Notes: generated from the sequence alone by a model not told the origin. A stretch of DNA of 64,000 bases from Burkholderiales bacterium (GCA_035700525.1 DASSON010000080.1:16041-80040), one strand, 5' to 3'; counted from the first letter of the stretch, positions 40,038 through 54,282 are shown. Program-made: numbers and translations.

Positions 40038-40529
40038 ATGTTGACGTTAGCCGCCCGGCGCCGCCTGCGCGCCGCGGCCCATGCACTCGATCCGGTCGTC
40101 CTGATCGGTGCCGCCGGCCTCACCGCCGCGGTGCTGAAGGAAACCGACCGGGCGCTGACCAGCCACGAACTGATCAAGGTTCGCGCTCACACCGCGGAAC
40201 GCAGCGAGCGCGAAACGCTGCTTGCCGAAATCTGTGAAGCGCTCGATGCGCAGCCGGTGCAGCATATCGGAAAAATCCTTGTGATCTACCGGGAAAACCC
40301 GGACAAGAAGACGAAGCCGTCGCCGCGCGCCAGCCGCACGAAAATGAAAGCGGCGCAAGATGAACGCGCAGCGCGCCGCCGATCACAGCCGCGGCCGGCC
40401 GTCAGCAGCACTCGGCGTCCACGCCGCCCCGCCGTCAGTACGGCACCCGCCGCTGCAGCAAAACCAGCATCAGCCCGAGCACGCACTGGATCAGGTAAAG
40501 CGTCCCCGAAACGCCGTGCCAGGCGCTGA
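40038..40529 (+). CDS. yhbY: YhbY/CRS1-type RNA-binding protein with a long basic C-terminal extension
   Basis: Only the last 163 codons of ORF 39456..40529 are credible (ATG at 40038). MLTLAARRRLRAAAHALDPVVLIGAAGLTAAVLKETDRALTSHELIKVRA is YhbY-like. An Arg/Lys/Pro/Ala tail of about 70 aa follows. Confidence 0.75.
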   Translation: MLTLAARRRLRAAAHALDPVVLIGAAGLTAAVLKETDRALTSHELIKVRAHTAERSERETLLAEICEALDAQPVQHIGKILVIYRENPDKKTKPSPRASRTKMKAAQDERAARRRSQPRPAVSSTRRPRRPAVSTAPAAAAKPASARARTGSGKASPKRRARR

Positions 40530-40893
40530 AGCGGTTGCGCAGCACGCTGCGCATCACATCCTGCGGCAGCGCCTGTGCCTTCAGATGTTCGAGTATCGGC
40601 TGAATACCGAAGTGGCCGGCCAGCGTCAATAGCAGCATCGCCAGCACGATCCAGAAAAAGAGCTGTCCGAACGCGCGCAGCCGGAAGCGCGCGAAGCGGA
40701 ACAGCAGCAGATACAGTCCGCAGCCGATGCCGACGTACGCGGTCAGCGTGAACAGGTGGCCGGCCAGCGTACCCGCCAGCATTCCCGGAAGCCCCTTGAA
40801 CAACACCGGCGCCGCGATACCGCCGATCGCCCACAGTGCGCCGACCCATAATGTCACCGCAACCGGATGCAGCGCATCCGCGAGCTTCCTCAT
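40435..40893 (-). CDS. DUF4149-like membrane protein
   Basis: 152 aa with four hydrophobic helices, in the conserved greA-adjacent position seen in betaproteobacteria. Family assigned from memory. Confidence 0.65.
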   Translation of the reverse strand: MRKLADALHPVAVTLWVGALWAIGGIAAPVLFKGLPGMLAGTLAGHLFTLTAYVGIGCGLYLLLFRFARFRLRAFGQLFFWIVLAMLLLTLAGHFGIQPILEHLKAQALPQDVMRSVLRNRFSAWHGVSGTLYLIQCVLGLMLVLLQRRVPY

Positions 40894-40896
40894 CGA

Positions 40897-41370
40897 TCAG
40901 ATGTACTTGACGTCGAGTATCTCGTATTCGCGTACGCCGCCCGGCGCCTGCACCTCGGCCACGTCGCCGGGATACTTGCCGATCAGCGCGCGCGCCATCG
41001 GCGAACTGATCGAAATCTTGCGTTCCTTGATGTCGGCTTCGTCTTCGCCGACGATCTGGTAGGTCATCGCCTGCCCGTTGTCGTCTTCCAGCTCGACGGT
41101 CGCACCGAACACGCAGCGGCCGTCGGCGTCGATACTGGTCGGATCAATGATTTGTGCATTGCCGAGCTTGCCCTCGAGCTCGATGATGCGGCCCTCGATG
41201 AAGCTCTGCCGTTCCTTCGCGGCGTGATATTCCGCGTTTTCCGAAAGATCGCCGTGCGCGCGTGCTTCGGCGATCGCGCCGATGATCGCCGGGCGTTGAA
41301 CGCTCTTCAGCTCCTGCAATTCGGCGCGCAGCCTTTCCGCGCCGGTTACGGTCAATGGAATATTCGCCAT
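40897..41370 (-). CDS. greA: Transcription elongation factor GreA
   Basis: ORF 40897..41409 trimmed to the ATG at 41370 ([22 protein letters not shown]) with a GGAGAG RBS. 158 aa. Confidence 0.9.
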   Translation of the reverse strand: MANIPLTVTGAERLRAELQELKSVQRPAIIGAIAEARAHGDLSENAEYHAAKERQSFIEGRIIELEGKLGNAQIIDPTSIDADGRCVFGATVELEDDNGQAMTYQIVGEDEADIKERKISISSPMARALIGKYPGDVAEVQAPGGVREYEILDVKYI

Positions 41371-41601
41371 ACTCTCCAGATCCTCGAATGGGCAAAATAA
41401 CGCCCCCACCGGCGCAAACCGGTGCGGGATGAGTGCAAACCTATCTTACCAATATTTACTTACGTGATGGGTTTGCGGGCAGAAAACAGTGAATTCCGGG
41501 CATTCTCGTGTCCGGCGCCGATCCAGAACAACCCGTGCGCGGGACACACCGGCACACCGGCATCTCCTCCCGTCGCCGCCTCTGCCGGCCGCGATCTTTT
41601 T

Positions 41602-44820
<3,219 letters not shown>

Positions 44821-44926
44821 TATTTTTTAACCGCCAAGCCGCCGAGGACGTCGACATAAAACACAGCACAATATGGACAAACAACACGAATCTTCCGGTC
44901 GACAACACCGGTATTCATCTGTAGTT

Positions 44927-46102
44927 TCAAACAGACGTTCCCGCGTGGCGCCCCTGGCGGCTTGGCGGTTCGCTTTTGTGCTTTTCCATGAGCGTCACAA
45001 ACCGATCAAACAAATAATCGACATCATGCGGCCCCGGGCTCGCTTCCGGATGCCCCTGAAAGCAGAACGCCGGCCGGTCGGTAAACGCAAAACCCTGCAG
45101 GCTGCCGTCGAACAGCGAAACATGCGTGACGCGGCAGTTGGCCGGCAGCGTCGCCGCGTCGACGGCGAAGCCGTGGTTCTGGCTGGTGATCACGACACGG
45201 CCGCTGTCGAGATCGTGCACCGGATGATTCGCGCCGTGGTGCCCGAACTTCATTTTTACCGTCTTCGCGCCGCTCGCCAGCGCCATGAACTGATGGCCGA
45301 GGCAGACACCGAACAGTGGCAGCCTGGTCGCCAGGATTTCCTTCACGGTCGCAATGGCGTAATCGCACGGCTGCGGATCGCCCGGCCCGTTCGACAGGAA
45401 GATGCCGTCAGGCTCGAGCGCCAGCGCCTGCTGCGCGGTGGCCTGCGCCGGCAGCACGGTCACGCGGCAGCCGCGCGACGCCAGTTTTCTGAGGATCGTG
45501 TGCTTGGTTCCGAAATCGTAGGCGACGACGTGAAAGTCCGTCCGCTCCCGCGGCCGGTAGCCATGCTCCAGCGCCCACACGCCCTGATCCCAAGTGTAGG
45601 ATTCGCAGCAGCTCACCACCTTTGCGAGATCCATGCCGTCGAGCCCCGGGAATGCACGTGCCGCGGCCAGCGCCTCCTGCTCGTCGATGCGGCCAGCCAT
45701 GACGGCACCGCGCTGCGCGCCCTTTTCGCGCAGGATGCGCGTCAGCTTGCGGGTGTCGATATCGGCAATCGCGACCACCGCATGCTGCTTCAGATAATCG
45801 GCGAGCGTGTGGGTCTTGCGCCAACTGCTGGCAAGCAGTGGCAGGTCGCGAATCACCAGCCCTGCCGCCAGCACTTCCCGCGCCTCGACATCCTCGGCAT
45901 TGACGCCGGTATTGCCGATGTGCGGATAGGTCAGCGTGATGATCTGGCGGCAGTACGAAGGGTCGGTGAGAATTTCCTGGTAACCGGTCATCGCAGTGTT
46001 GAATACCACCTCTCCTGCGGTGAGCCCTTCGGCTCCGACTGCCGCGCCGCGAAAAATCGTGCCATCCTCAAGCACGAGAATGGCAGGCGGACATTGCGGC
46101 AA
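44927..46102 (-). CDS. carA: Carbamoyl-phosphate synthase small subunit
   Basis: 391 aa with the glutamine amidotransferase triad context GVCLGHQ. The C-terminal ~15 aa ([15 protein letters not shown]) look like an extension. Confidence 0.95.
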   Translation of the reverse strand: MPQCPPAILVLEDGTIFRGAAVGAEGLTAGEVVFNTAMTGYQEILTDPSYCRQIITLTYPHIGNTGVNAEDVEAREVLAAGLVIRDLPLLASSWRKTHTLADYLKQHAVVAIADIDTRKLTRILREKGAQRGAVMAGRIDEQEALAAARAFPGLDGMDLAKVVSCCESYTWDQGVWALEHGYRPRERTDFHVVAYDFGTKHTILRKLASRGCRVTVLPAQATAQQALALEPDGIFLSNGPGDPQPCDYAIATVKEILATRLPLFGVCLGHQFMALASGAKTVKMKFGHHGANHPVHDLDSGRVVITSQNHGFAVDAATLPANCRVTHVSLFDGSLQGFAFTDRPAFCFQGHPEASPGPHDVDYLFDRFVTLMEKHKSEPPSRQGRHAGTSV

Positions 46103-46242
46103 GAAAAGCTCCCGGTTGCGGCTACTGACATGGAAAGCGGGACAGATCGCCGACCCATCCCGCTTAAAGCTGGGGAAATATTCTACTACAAAACCGGTTT
46201 TGTTTCAACGCGCGCCGGTGCCACGAACGCGCGGCTTGCCGT

Positions 46243-47888
<1,646 letters not shown>

Positions 47889-47897
47889 TAAGGTTGC

Positions 47898-47917
47898 AAA
47901 ATAATGAAAAGTTTATA
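47898..47917. promoter_or_regulatory. Possible Fur box in the bamE-fur divergent spacer
   Basis: AAATAATGAAAAGTTTATAT partially resembles GATAATGATAATCATTATC (about 10-11 of 19 by eye), 40 nt upstream of the fur start. Confidence 0.3.
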
Positions 47918-47956
47918 TGATAGCCGAGATAGCCTGACTTCGACAGAGACGATTCC

Positions 47957-48388
47957 GTGACTTATACCTCCGAACTGAAGAATATCGGCCTCAAGGCGAC
48001 GCTGCCACGGCTGCGTATTCTGGAGCTGTTCGAAAAGAGCGAAGAACGGCATCTGGGCGCCGAAGACGTCTACAAACTGTTGCTCAAGGAAGGCACCGAT
48101 ACCGGACTGGCAACCGTGTATCGCGTGCTGACCCAGTTTGAACAGGCGGGTCTGCTGGTGCGCCACCATTTCGAAGGCGGCCGGGCGGTATTCGAACTCA
48201 ATCGCGGCGATCATCATGATCACCTGGTTTGCCTGCAATGCGGCCACGTCGAAGAGTTTTTTGACGAAACCATCGAAAAGCAGCAAACCACGATCGCGAA
48301 AGATCGCGGCTTTACCATCCACGATCATTCACTCTATCTTTACGCCGATTGCACCAAGGTGAACTGTCCGTTTCGGCACCAGGGATAG
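47957..48388 (+). CDS. fur: Ferric uptake regulator
   Basis: 143 aa with a GTG start. RLRILELF...[15 protein letters not shown] (wHTH), [11 protein letters not shown], and a C-terminal CxxxxC. Confidence 0.9.
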   Translation: MTYTSELKNIGLKATLPRLRILELFEKSEERHLGAEDVYKLLLKEGTDTGLATVYRVLTQFEQAGLLVRHHFEGGRAVFELNRGDHHDHLVCLQCGHVEEFFDETIEKQQTTIAKDRGFTIHDHSLYLYADCTKVNCPFRHQG

Positions 48389-48391
48389 GGC

Positions 48392-48488
48392 GTGAGGAGT
48401 GAGGCGTCAGGGGTGAGGGGTGAATAATGCGGCGCGCCAGGCGCGCCGGAAACGTCGACTCCTCACTCCTCACCCCTCACTCCTAACA
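48392..48488. repeat. Heptamer-armed palindromic element, copy 3
   Basis: 48392-48426 = GTGAGGA GTGAGGC GTCAGGG GTGAGGG GTGAATA. Core ATGCGGCGCGCCAGGCGCGCCGGAAACGTCGACT. 48461-48488 = CCTCACT CCTCACC CCTCACT CCTAACA. Starts 3 nt after the fur stop and overlaps the recN 3' end. Confidence 0.9.
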
Positions 48489-50130
48489 TCTCGGCCGCAT
48501 GCCGCCGCGTCGTCGCGGTGATCTTCACGCCACCCAGCATGCGCGCGATTTCCTCGACGCGGGCGTCGCGGCCAAGGGGGGATACGTGGCTGGTGACCTT
48601 GTCCTTGCCGGCATGCTTCACCACCTGCCATTGCGCATCACCGGCGGCGGCGACCTGCGGCAGATGAGTCACGCACATGACCTGGTGATTGCGGCCGAGC
48701 GTCTTCAGCATGCGGCCGACAATTTCGGCAACGCGCCCGCCAATGCCGGCATCGACTTCATCGAAAATCAGTGTCGGCACCTGCGCGACCGAGCTGGTCA
48801 CGGTCTGAATCGCAAGCGAAATGCGTGACAACTCGCCGCCGGAAGCGACGCGGCCGAGCGGACGCAGTTCCGCGCCGGCATGCGTGGCGATCAGAAATTC
48901 GATCCGTTCCAGCCCGTGCGCATTGCCTTCATCGAGCGCATCGAGCACGATTTCGAAACGGCTGCCCCCCAGCGCCAGCCGCTGCATCAGTTCGCTCACG
49001 TCGCGCGCCAGACGGCGCGCGGCTTTCGCCCGTCCCGCGCTCAGTCGGCGCGCACGCTCCAGGTAGCGCGTGTGCGCTTCCTGTTCACGCTGCCGCAGCG
49101 CCTCGAGGTCGCTGCCGGCATCCAGTGCCGCAACGCGCCCGCGCGCTTCATCGAGCAGTGCCGGCAGCGCCTCCGGCTGCACGCGATACTTGCGCGCGGC
49201 CGAATGCAATGCGTCGATGCGACTTTCCACCGTCCGCAGCCGCCGCGGGTCGAGCTCCAGACGTTCACAATAGTGACGCAATGCATAGACCGCTTCCTGC
49301 GCCTGTGCCTGCACCGGGTCAAGGATCGCGATGATGTCACCGAGACTGGTGTCGTAATCCTGCAGATGACGCAGCCGCGACACGACGGCATTGATCTGTG
49401 CCAGCACCGACTGTTCGCTTTCGGAAAGCGCATCCGACGCAAACTGCGCGCCTTCGAGCAGGCTCGCGGCATGGGCCAGGCGCTGGTGTTCCGCGGCCGT
49501 TTCTTCCCATTCACCGGGCGCCGGCGCCAGCGCCTCGAGTTCACGCAGCTGCCAGTCCAGCCGTTCGCGCTCGGCCTCGAGCGCCCGCGCGTCATGTTCG
49601 ACGGCGGCACGCTGCGCCCGTGCTTCCTGCCACGCGCGATGGCCCTGCGCCACGTCAAGGCCGTACTGATGCAGTCCGGCATAACGGTCCAGCAGTTCGC
49701 GCTGCACCGCCGGGCGCAACAGCGACTGGTGCTGATGCTGACCATGGATGTCGACCAGGAATTCCCCGGCTTCGCGCAACTGCTGCACCGTACAGGGCCG
49801 GCCGTTGATGAAGCTGCGCGAACGTCCGCCGGCGTCGATCACGCGCCGCATCAGACAGCCGCCCTCATCGATTGCCAGCGTATTGTCGGCCAGCCAGCGA
49901 CCGACCGCACTGTCCGCGGCAACATCGAATGCTGCGCTGACGTCGGCACGCTCCGCGCCGGCGCGCACCACGCCGGCATCCCCACGCCCCCCAAGCGCCA
50001 GCGCCAGCGCATCGATCAGGATCGACTTGCCGGCGCCGGTTTCACCGGTCAGCACCGTGAATCCCGCATCGAATTCGATGTCGAGGTGTTCGACGACGAC
50101 AAAATTATGGACGCTCAGGCTGCGCAACAT
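48463..50130 (-). CDS. recN: DNA repair protein RecN
   Basis: 555 aa: MLRSLSVHNFVVVEHLDIEFDAGFTVLTGETGAGKSI (Walker A), a long coiled coil and a C-terminal SMC-like ATPase half. Confidence 0.93.
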   Translation of the reverse strand: MLRSLSVHNFVVVEHLDIEFDAGFTVLTGETGAGKSILIDALALALGGRGDAGVVRAGAERADVSAAFDVAADSAVGRWLADNTLAIDEGGCLMRRVIDAGGRSRSFINGRPCTVQQLREAGEFLVDIHGQHQHQSLLRPAVQRELLDRYAGLHQYGLDVAQGHRAWQEARAQRAAVEHDARALEAERERLDWQLRELEALAPAPGEWEETAAEHQRLAHAASLLEGAQFASDALSESEQSVLAQINAVVSRLRHLQDYDTSLGDIIAILDPVQAQAQEAVYALRHYCERLELDPRRLRTVESRIDALHSAARKYRVQPEALPALLDEARGRVAALDAGSDLEALRQREQEAHTRYLERARRLSAGRAKAARRLARDVSELMQRLALGGSRFEIVLDALDEGNAHGLERIEFLIATHAGAELRPLGRVASGGELSRISLAIQTVTSSVAQVPTLIFDEVDAGIGGRVAEIVGRMLKTLGRNHQVMCVTHLPQVAAAGDAQWQVVKHAGKDKVTSHVSPLGRDARVEEIARMLGGVKITATTRRHAAEMLGVRGEE

Positions 50131-50139
50131 TGAAAGTGC

Positions 50140-50229
50140 GTGAGGAGTGAGGAGTCAGGTGTGAGGCGTTAAAGTTTCCGGCGCGCTCGGCGCGCCGCAT
50201 TTTCTACTCCTCACTCCTCACACCTCACG
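50140..50229. repeat. Heptamer-armed palindromic element, copy 4
   Basis: 50140-50174 = GTGAGGA GTGAGGA GTCAGGT GTGAGGC GTTAAAG. Core TTTCCGGCGCGCTCGGCGCGCCGCATTTTCTACT. 50209-50229 = CCTCACT CCTCACA CCTCACG. Lies 9 nt from the recN ATG (50130) and 3 nt from the nadK stop (50233). Confidence 0.9.
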
Positions 50230-50232
50230 TTT

Positions 50233-51105
50233 TTAAAGAAACTCGCTCCAGTGCAGTTTTCCGCGCAGCATATTGTAGTAGCTGTGCCCCACCGGATGCA
50301 GCAGCCGCACCATGTGATCGTAGCGCCGCACCATCACGCGATCGCCTTCGCGCAGGTCGAAGTGGGAGTGACTGTCGCAGTGCGCGCGCGCATCGGCGGC
50401 GTCCTTGATCACGATCTCGACCAGCGAATCACCGCTGATCACGATCGGGCGGTTACTGAGCGTATGCGGGCACACCGGCACCAGCGCCAGCATCGACAGC
50501 GACGGATGCACGATCGGGCCGCCGGCGGACAGCGCATAGGCGGTCGAGCCGGTAGGCGACGCCACGATCAGTCCATCGGAGCGCTGGGTGTAGATGAATT
50601 CGCCGTCGATGCGCATGTCGAATTCGATCATGCTGCCTTTCACGCCCTTGCTCACGACCACGTCATTGAACGCCAGTACGCTGAACACGCTGGACTCGCC
50701 GCTGAACACTTCGACCGACAGCAGCATGCGGTCCTCGGTCATGTAGTGCCCGTCGAGAATCGCGCCCAGCGTCTCGAACATCGTGCCGATCGAAATGTCG
50801 GTCAGAAAACCGAGGCGGCCCTGATTGACCCCGACCAGCGCGACATCGAATGGCGCGAAAGTGCGTGCGATGTTGAGCATCGTGCCGTCGCCGCCCAGCA
50901 CCACCGCCAGATCGGCGCGCCGCCCCATCTCCTCCAGCGTCAGCGCGGGATAGGAATGGGCGCTCGCATGCGCACCGGACAGCCGGTCGAGCAGCACGTC
51001 GACACCGCGGCCTTCGAGAAATCGCGCGAGTTCGAGCAACGGCCCGATGATTTCCGGACTTTTGTACTTGCCGATCAGCCCGACGCATGAGAATGACGGT
51101 TTCAT
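50233..51105 (-). CDS. nadK: NAD kinase
   Basis: 290 aa with the GGDGT motif (VVLGGDGTMLN) and the PpnK-like C-terminal domain. Confidence 0.9.
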   Translation of the reverse strand: MKPSFSCVGLIGKYKSPEIIGPLLELARFLEGRGVDVLLDRLSGAHASAHSYPALTLEEMGRRADLAVVLGGDGTMLNIARTFAPFDVALVGVNQGRLGFLTDISIGTMFETLGAILDGHYMTEDRMLLSVEVFSGESSVFSVLAFNDVVVSKGVKGSMIEFDMRIDGEFIYTQRSDGLIVASPTGSTAYALSAGGPIVHPSLSMLALVPVCPHTLSNRPIVISGDSLVEIVIKDAADARAHCDSHSHFDLREGDRVMVRRYDHMVRLLHPVGHSYYNMLRGKLHWSEFL

Positions 51106-51236
51106 GGCGGCATTAAACCATAATTCGCCGCGCCACGGCAGCGTGAAATCCGCAGATAATGAAATGGTTACTTCGCGTGACCGCGAACCTTGTGACGCCC
51201 ATTTCGGTATGTGTAGAATACCCGTCGAGATCCGCC

Positions 51237-52265
51237 ATGAATCTGATACTCAGCGAACGCGCCCAACTCCTGCTCAAAACACTCGTCGAACGCTATATTG
51301 CGGAAGGCCAGCCGGTCGGGTCGCGCACGCTTTCACGCTACTCCGGACTGGATCTGAGTCCCGCCAGCATCCGCAACGTGATGGCGGACCTCGAGGAGCT
51401 GGGGTTCATCGTCAGCCCGCATACTTCGGCCGGACGCATTCCGACCGCACGCGGCTATCGCTTCTTCGTCGATACCCTGCTCACCATCCAGCAGCTCGGC
51501 ACCATCGAAATCAGCCAGCTCGGCGGCCAGCTGCAGGCGGAGAACACACACCGGCTGGTGTCGTCGGCATCGCAACTGTTGTCCGACCTGACGCGCTTCG
51601 CCGGCGTCGTCGTCACCCCGCGCCGCAGTCCGGCGTTCCGCCACATCGAGTTTCTCGGCCTGTCGGAAAAGCGCATCCTGCTGATCATCGTCACGCCCGA
51701 CGGCGACGTGCAGAATCGCATCCTCGTGACCGAAAACACCTATTCGCCGGCGATGCTGGTGGAGGCCGGCAACATTCTGAATCAGAATTATGCCGGACTG
51801 TCGTTCGACGAAATCCGCCGGCGCATTCAGCAGGAGCTGAAGGAGCTGCGCGAAAACATGACGCGTCTGATGACTGCCGCGCTCGAGGCCGGCAGCCAGG
51901 CCGCCGACGAATCGTCCGAAAACTACGTGATCTCGGGCGAAAGCAATCTGCTGGAAGTGCAGGATCTGTCATCGAACATGGCCAGCCTGCGCCAGTTGTT
52001 CGACCTGTTCGAGAAAAAGACCGGCCTGCTGCAACTGCTCGACAGCAGTTCGCGCGCGCAGGGCGTGCAGATCTTCATCGGCGAGGAATCCGGGCTGGCG
52101 CCGCTCGACGAGTGCAGCGTGGTGACCGCCTCCTACGAGGTGGACGGCCAGGTCGTCGGCACGGTGGGCGTCATCGGACCCACGCGCATGGCTTACGAAC
52201 GCGTCATTCCGATCGTCGATATTACCGCGAAGCTGATGTCGAGCGCGCTGTCGCAGCACCCGTAG
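51237..52265 (+). CDS. hrcA: Heat-inducible transcription repressor HrcA
   Basis: ORF 51159..52265 trimmed to the ATG at 51237: [33 protein letters not shown]. Divergent from nadK. Confidence 0.9.
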   Translation: MNLILSERAQLLLKTLVERYIAEGQPVGSRTLSRYSGLDLSPASIRNVMADLEELGFIVSPHTSAGRIPTARGYRFFVDTLLTIQQLGTIEISQLGGQLQAENTHRLVSSASQLLSDLTRFAGVVVTPRRSPAFRHIEFLGLSEKRILLIIVTPDGDVQNRILVTENTYSPAMLVEAGNILNQNYAGLSFDEIRRRIQQELKELRENMTRLMTAALEAGSQAADESSENYVISGESNLLEVQDLSSNMASLRQLFDLFEKKTGLLQLLDSSSRAQGVQIFIGEESGLAPLDECSVVTASYEVDGQVVGTVGVIGPTRMAYERVIPIVDITAKLMSSALSQHP

Positions 52266-52268
52266 CGA

Positions 52269-52358
52269 GTGAGGCGTGAGGTGTCAGGAGTGAATAACGC
52301 GGCGCGCCATACGCGCCGGAAACTTGAACTCCTCACTCCTTACCCCTCACGCCCCACG
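52269..52358. repeat. Heptamer-armed palindromic element, copy 5
   Basis: 52269-52296 = GTGAGGC GTGAGGT GTCAGGA GTGAATA. Core ACGCGGCGCGCCATACGCGCCGGAAACTTGAACT. 52331-52358 = CCTCACT CCTTACC CCTCACG CCCCACG. Starts 3 nt after the hrcA stop and ends 2-8 nt before the hemH start. Confidence 0.9.
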
Positions 52359-52366
52359 CCTTGCTA

Positions 52367-53461
52367 ATGTCCGTTTTCCGCGCCTCTCCCCCGTATCATC
52401 ACGGCACGCCGGCAAAAACCGGCGTGCTGCTGGTCAATCTGGGCACGCCGGAAGCACCGACGGCGCAAGCGGTCAAGCCGTACCTGCGCGAATTTCTGAG
52501 CGATCCGGCGGTGGTGGAACTGCCGCGCCTGATCTGGCAGCCGCTGCTGCATCTGTTCGTACTCACCACGCGGCCGCGCCGTACTGCGGAAAAATACGCC
52601 GAAATCTGGATGGCCGACGGCTCGCCGCTCAAGGTCCATACCGAGCGCCAGACGAAACTGCTGCGCGGCTATCTCGGCGAGCGTATCCGGACACCGCTGG
52701 CGGTTGAGTACGCGATGCGTTACGGCATGCCGGCGATCGGAGAAAAACTCGACGCGCTGATCGCGCACGGCTGCGACCGCATCCTGATCGTGCCGCTTTA
52801 TCCGCAGTACGCGGCAAGCACCGTAGGCAGCACGTGCACGGCCGTGTTCCGCCACGCCGCCACACTGCGCAGGATGCCGGCGCTGCGCACGATCACGCAT
52901 TTTCACGACCATCCGGGTTACATCGCGGCACTCGCGCAGAGCGTGCGCGAGCACTGGTCGCGCAACGGCCGGCCCGACCTGCTGCTGATGAGCTTTCATG
53001 GCGTGCCGCGCTACACACTGACCAAGGGCGATCCGTATCATTGTGAATGCCAGAAAACGGCGCGCCTGCTGGCACGTGAGCTGAATCTGCCCGAACATGC
53101 GTACCGGGTATGCTTCCAGTCCCGTTTCGGTCGCACCGAATGGCTCAAGCCGTACACGTCGGCCACGCTGGTCCAGCTCGGGCGCGAACAAACCGGACGG
53201 GTCGACGTGATCTGCCCCGGCTTCGTATCGGATTGCCTGGAGACGCTGGAAGAAATCGCGATCACCAACAAGGCGGCATTCCTCAACGCCGGGGGCGGCG
53301 AATTTCATTTCATTCCGTGCCTGAATCAGCGCGATGACTGGATGCGCGCGCTATCCGACATCGTGTTCGACAACCTGCTGGGCTGGCCCGCGGGCACGCC
53401 CGACGCCACCGAGGCGGAAACGGCGCGCCGGCGCGCGCTGGAAATGGGCGCCCAGGATTAG
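52367..53461 (+). CDS. hemH: Ferrochelatase
   Basis: ORF 52361..53461 (TTG at 52361, first ATG at 52367). [10 protein letters not shown]...YLREFLSDP...PLYPQY..ST, typical of HemH. Confidence 0.9.
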   Translation: MSVFRASPPYHHGTPAKTGVLLVNLGTPEAPTAQAVKPYLREFLSDPAVVELPRLIWQPLLHLFVLTTRPRRTAEKYAEIWMADGSPLKVHTERQTKLLRGYLGERIRTPLAVEYAMRYGMPAIGEKLDALIAHGCDRILIVPLYPQYAASTVGSTCTAVFRHAATLRRMPALRTITHFHDHPGYIAALAQSVREHWSRNGRPDLLLMSFHGVPRYTLTKGDPYHCECQKTARLLARELNLPEHAYRVCFQSRFGRTEWLKPYTSATLVQLGREQTGRVDVICPGFVSDCLETLEEIAITNKAAFLNAGGGEFHFIPCLNQRDDWMRALSDIVFDNLLGWPAGTPDATEAETARRRALEMGAQD

Positions 53462-53510
53462 CAAATACTGATGCCGGTATGCGAAACTTGCGGTTTTTTT
53501 CCTGTTCGTC

Positions 53511-53540
53511 CTTGAAATTTTTTCGACCATCCCCAAAGTA
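53511..53540 (+). promoter_or_regulatory. Sigma-32 (RpoH)-type promoter for grpE
   Basis: CTTGAAA (53511-53517), a 13-14 nt spacer, then CCCCAAAGTA (53531-53540). Compare the consensus CTTGAA-N13-17-CCCCATNT. Lies 29 nt upstream of the grpE ATG. Confidence 0.55.
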
Positions 53541-53568
53541 GCTTTGAAATCATCCGGGAGACTACGTA

Positions 53569-54264
53569 ATGCAGGACAAACCGCGAATCGAGCCGCGACT
53601 GAACGCTGATCCTGACGAAACCATCAAACCGCAGGAAAAGCCTACCGCCGCACCGCGCGCAAAATCCGAGGACCGCGCGCCGGCTTCCACTGATCGCACG
53701 CCGACTCCTGCCCAGCGCGCACCGGCTTCAGCCGATCGCACACCGGCCGCCGCAGGTGCCGACGAGGCCACCCGCGCCGCTGCCGGACACGCTGATGCGG
53801 CGCTGCAGGAACGCCTGAAGCAGGCCGAACAAGCAGTGCAGGAACACCGTGAGGCGTGGCTGCGTGCCGTGGCCGAAGCCGACAACATCCGCAAGCGCAC
53901 GCGGGCGGAAGCGTCCAATGCGCAGCGCTTTGCGATCGAGTCGTTCGCGAAGGAACTGCTGGCGGTGCGCGACAGCCTGGAAGCAGCATTGGCGGCCGAC
54001 AATACGACGGTGGAAGCACTGAAAAACGGCGTGGAGTTGACGCTCAGGCAGCTCGATGCGGCCTTTTCCCGCTTCAACGTGACGGAGGTCAATCCGCAAG
54101 GCGAGAAATTCGATCCGCATCGCCACGAGGCGATGACCACGATAGAATCCGACGCTGAACCGAACACCGTGATCAACGTGCTGCAGAAGGGATACGTGCT
54201 GCACGATCGGGTGCTGCGTCCGGCACTGGTCACCGTGGCCAAGTCGAAATCGGTTGAAAGCTAG
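53569..54264 (+). CDS. grpE: Nucleotide exchange factor GrpE
   Basis: 231 aa. Low-complexity N-terminus, then [20 protein letters not shown]...FDPHRHEAM, the GrpE core. Confidence 0.9.
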   Translation: MQDKPRIEPRLNADPDETIKPQEKPTAAPRAKSEDRAPASTDRTPTPAQRAPASADRTPAAAGADEATRAAAGHADAALQERLKQAEQAVQEHREAWLRAVAEADNIRKRTRAEASNAQRFAIESFAKELLAVRDSLEAALAADNTTVEALKNGVELTLRQLDAAFSRFNVTEVNPQGEKFDPHRHEAMTTIESDAEPNTVINVLQKGYVLHDRVLRPALVTVAKSKSVES

Positions 54265-54282
54265 CGCGCAAGCCCTCATATA
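54254..54282 (+). promoter_or_regulatory. Sigma-32-type promoter for dnaK
   Basis: TTGAAA (54254-54259), a 13-nt spacer, then CCCTCATATA (54273-54282). Overlaps the grpE stop region. Confidence 0.5.

Noticed and set aside
51106-51236. CIRCE (HrcA operator, TTAGCACTC-N9-GAGTGCTAA) near hrcA, grpE or dnaK
   Set aside because: No such inverted repeat was seen in the hrcA, grpE or dnaK upstream regions. Those of grpE and dnaK show sigma-32-type promoters instead.
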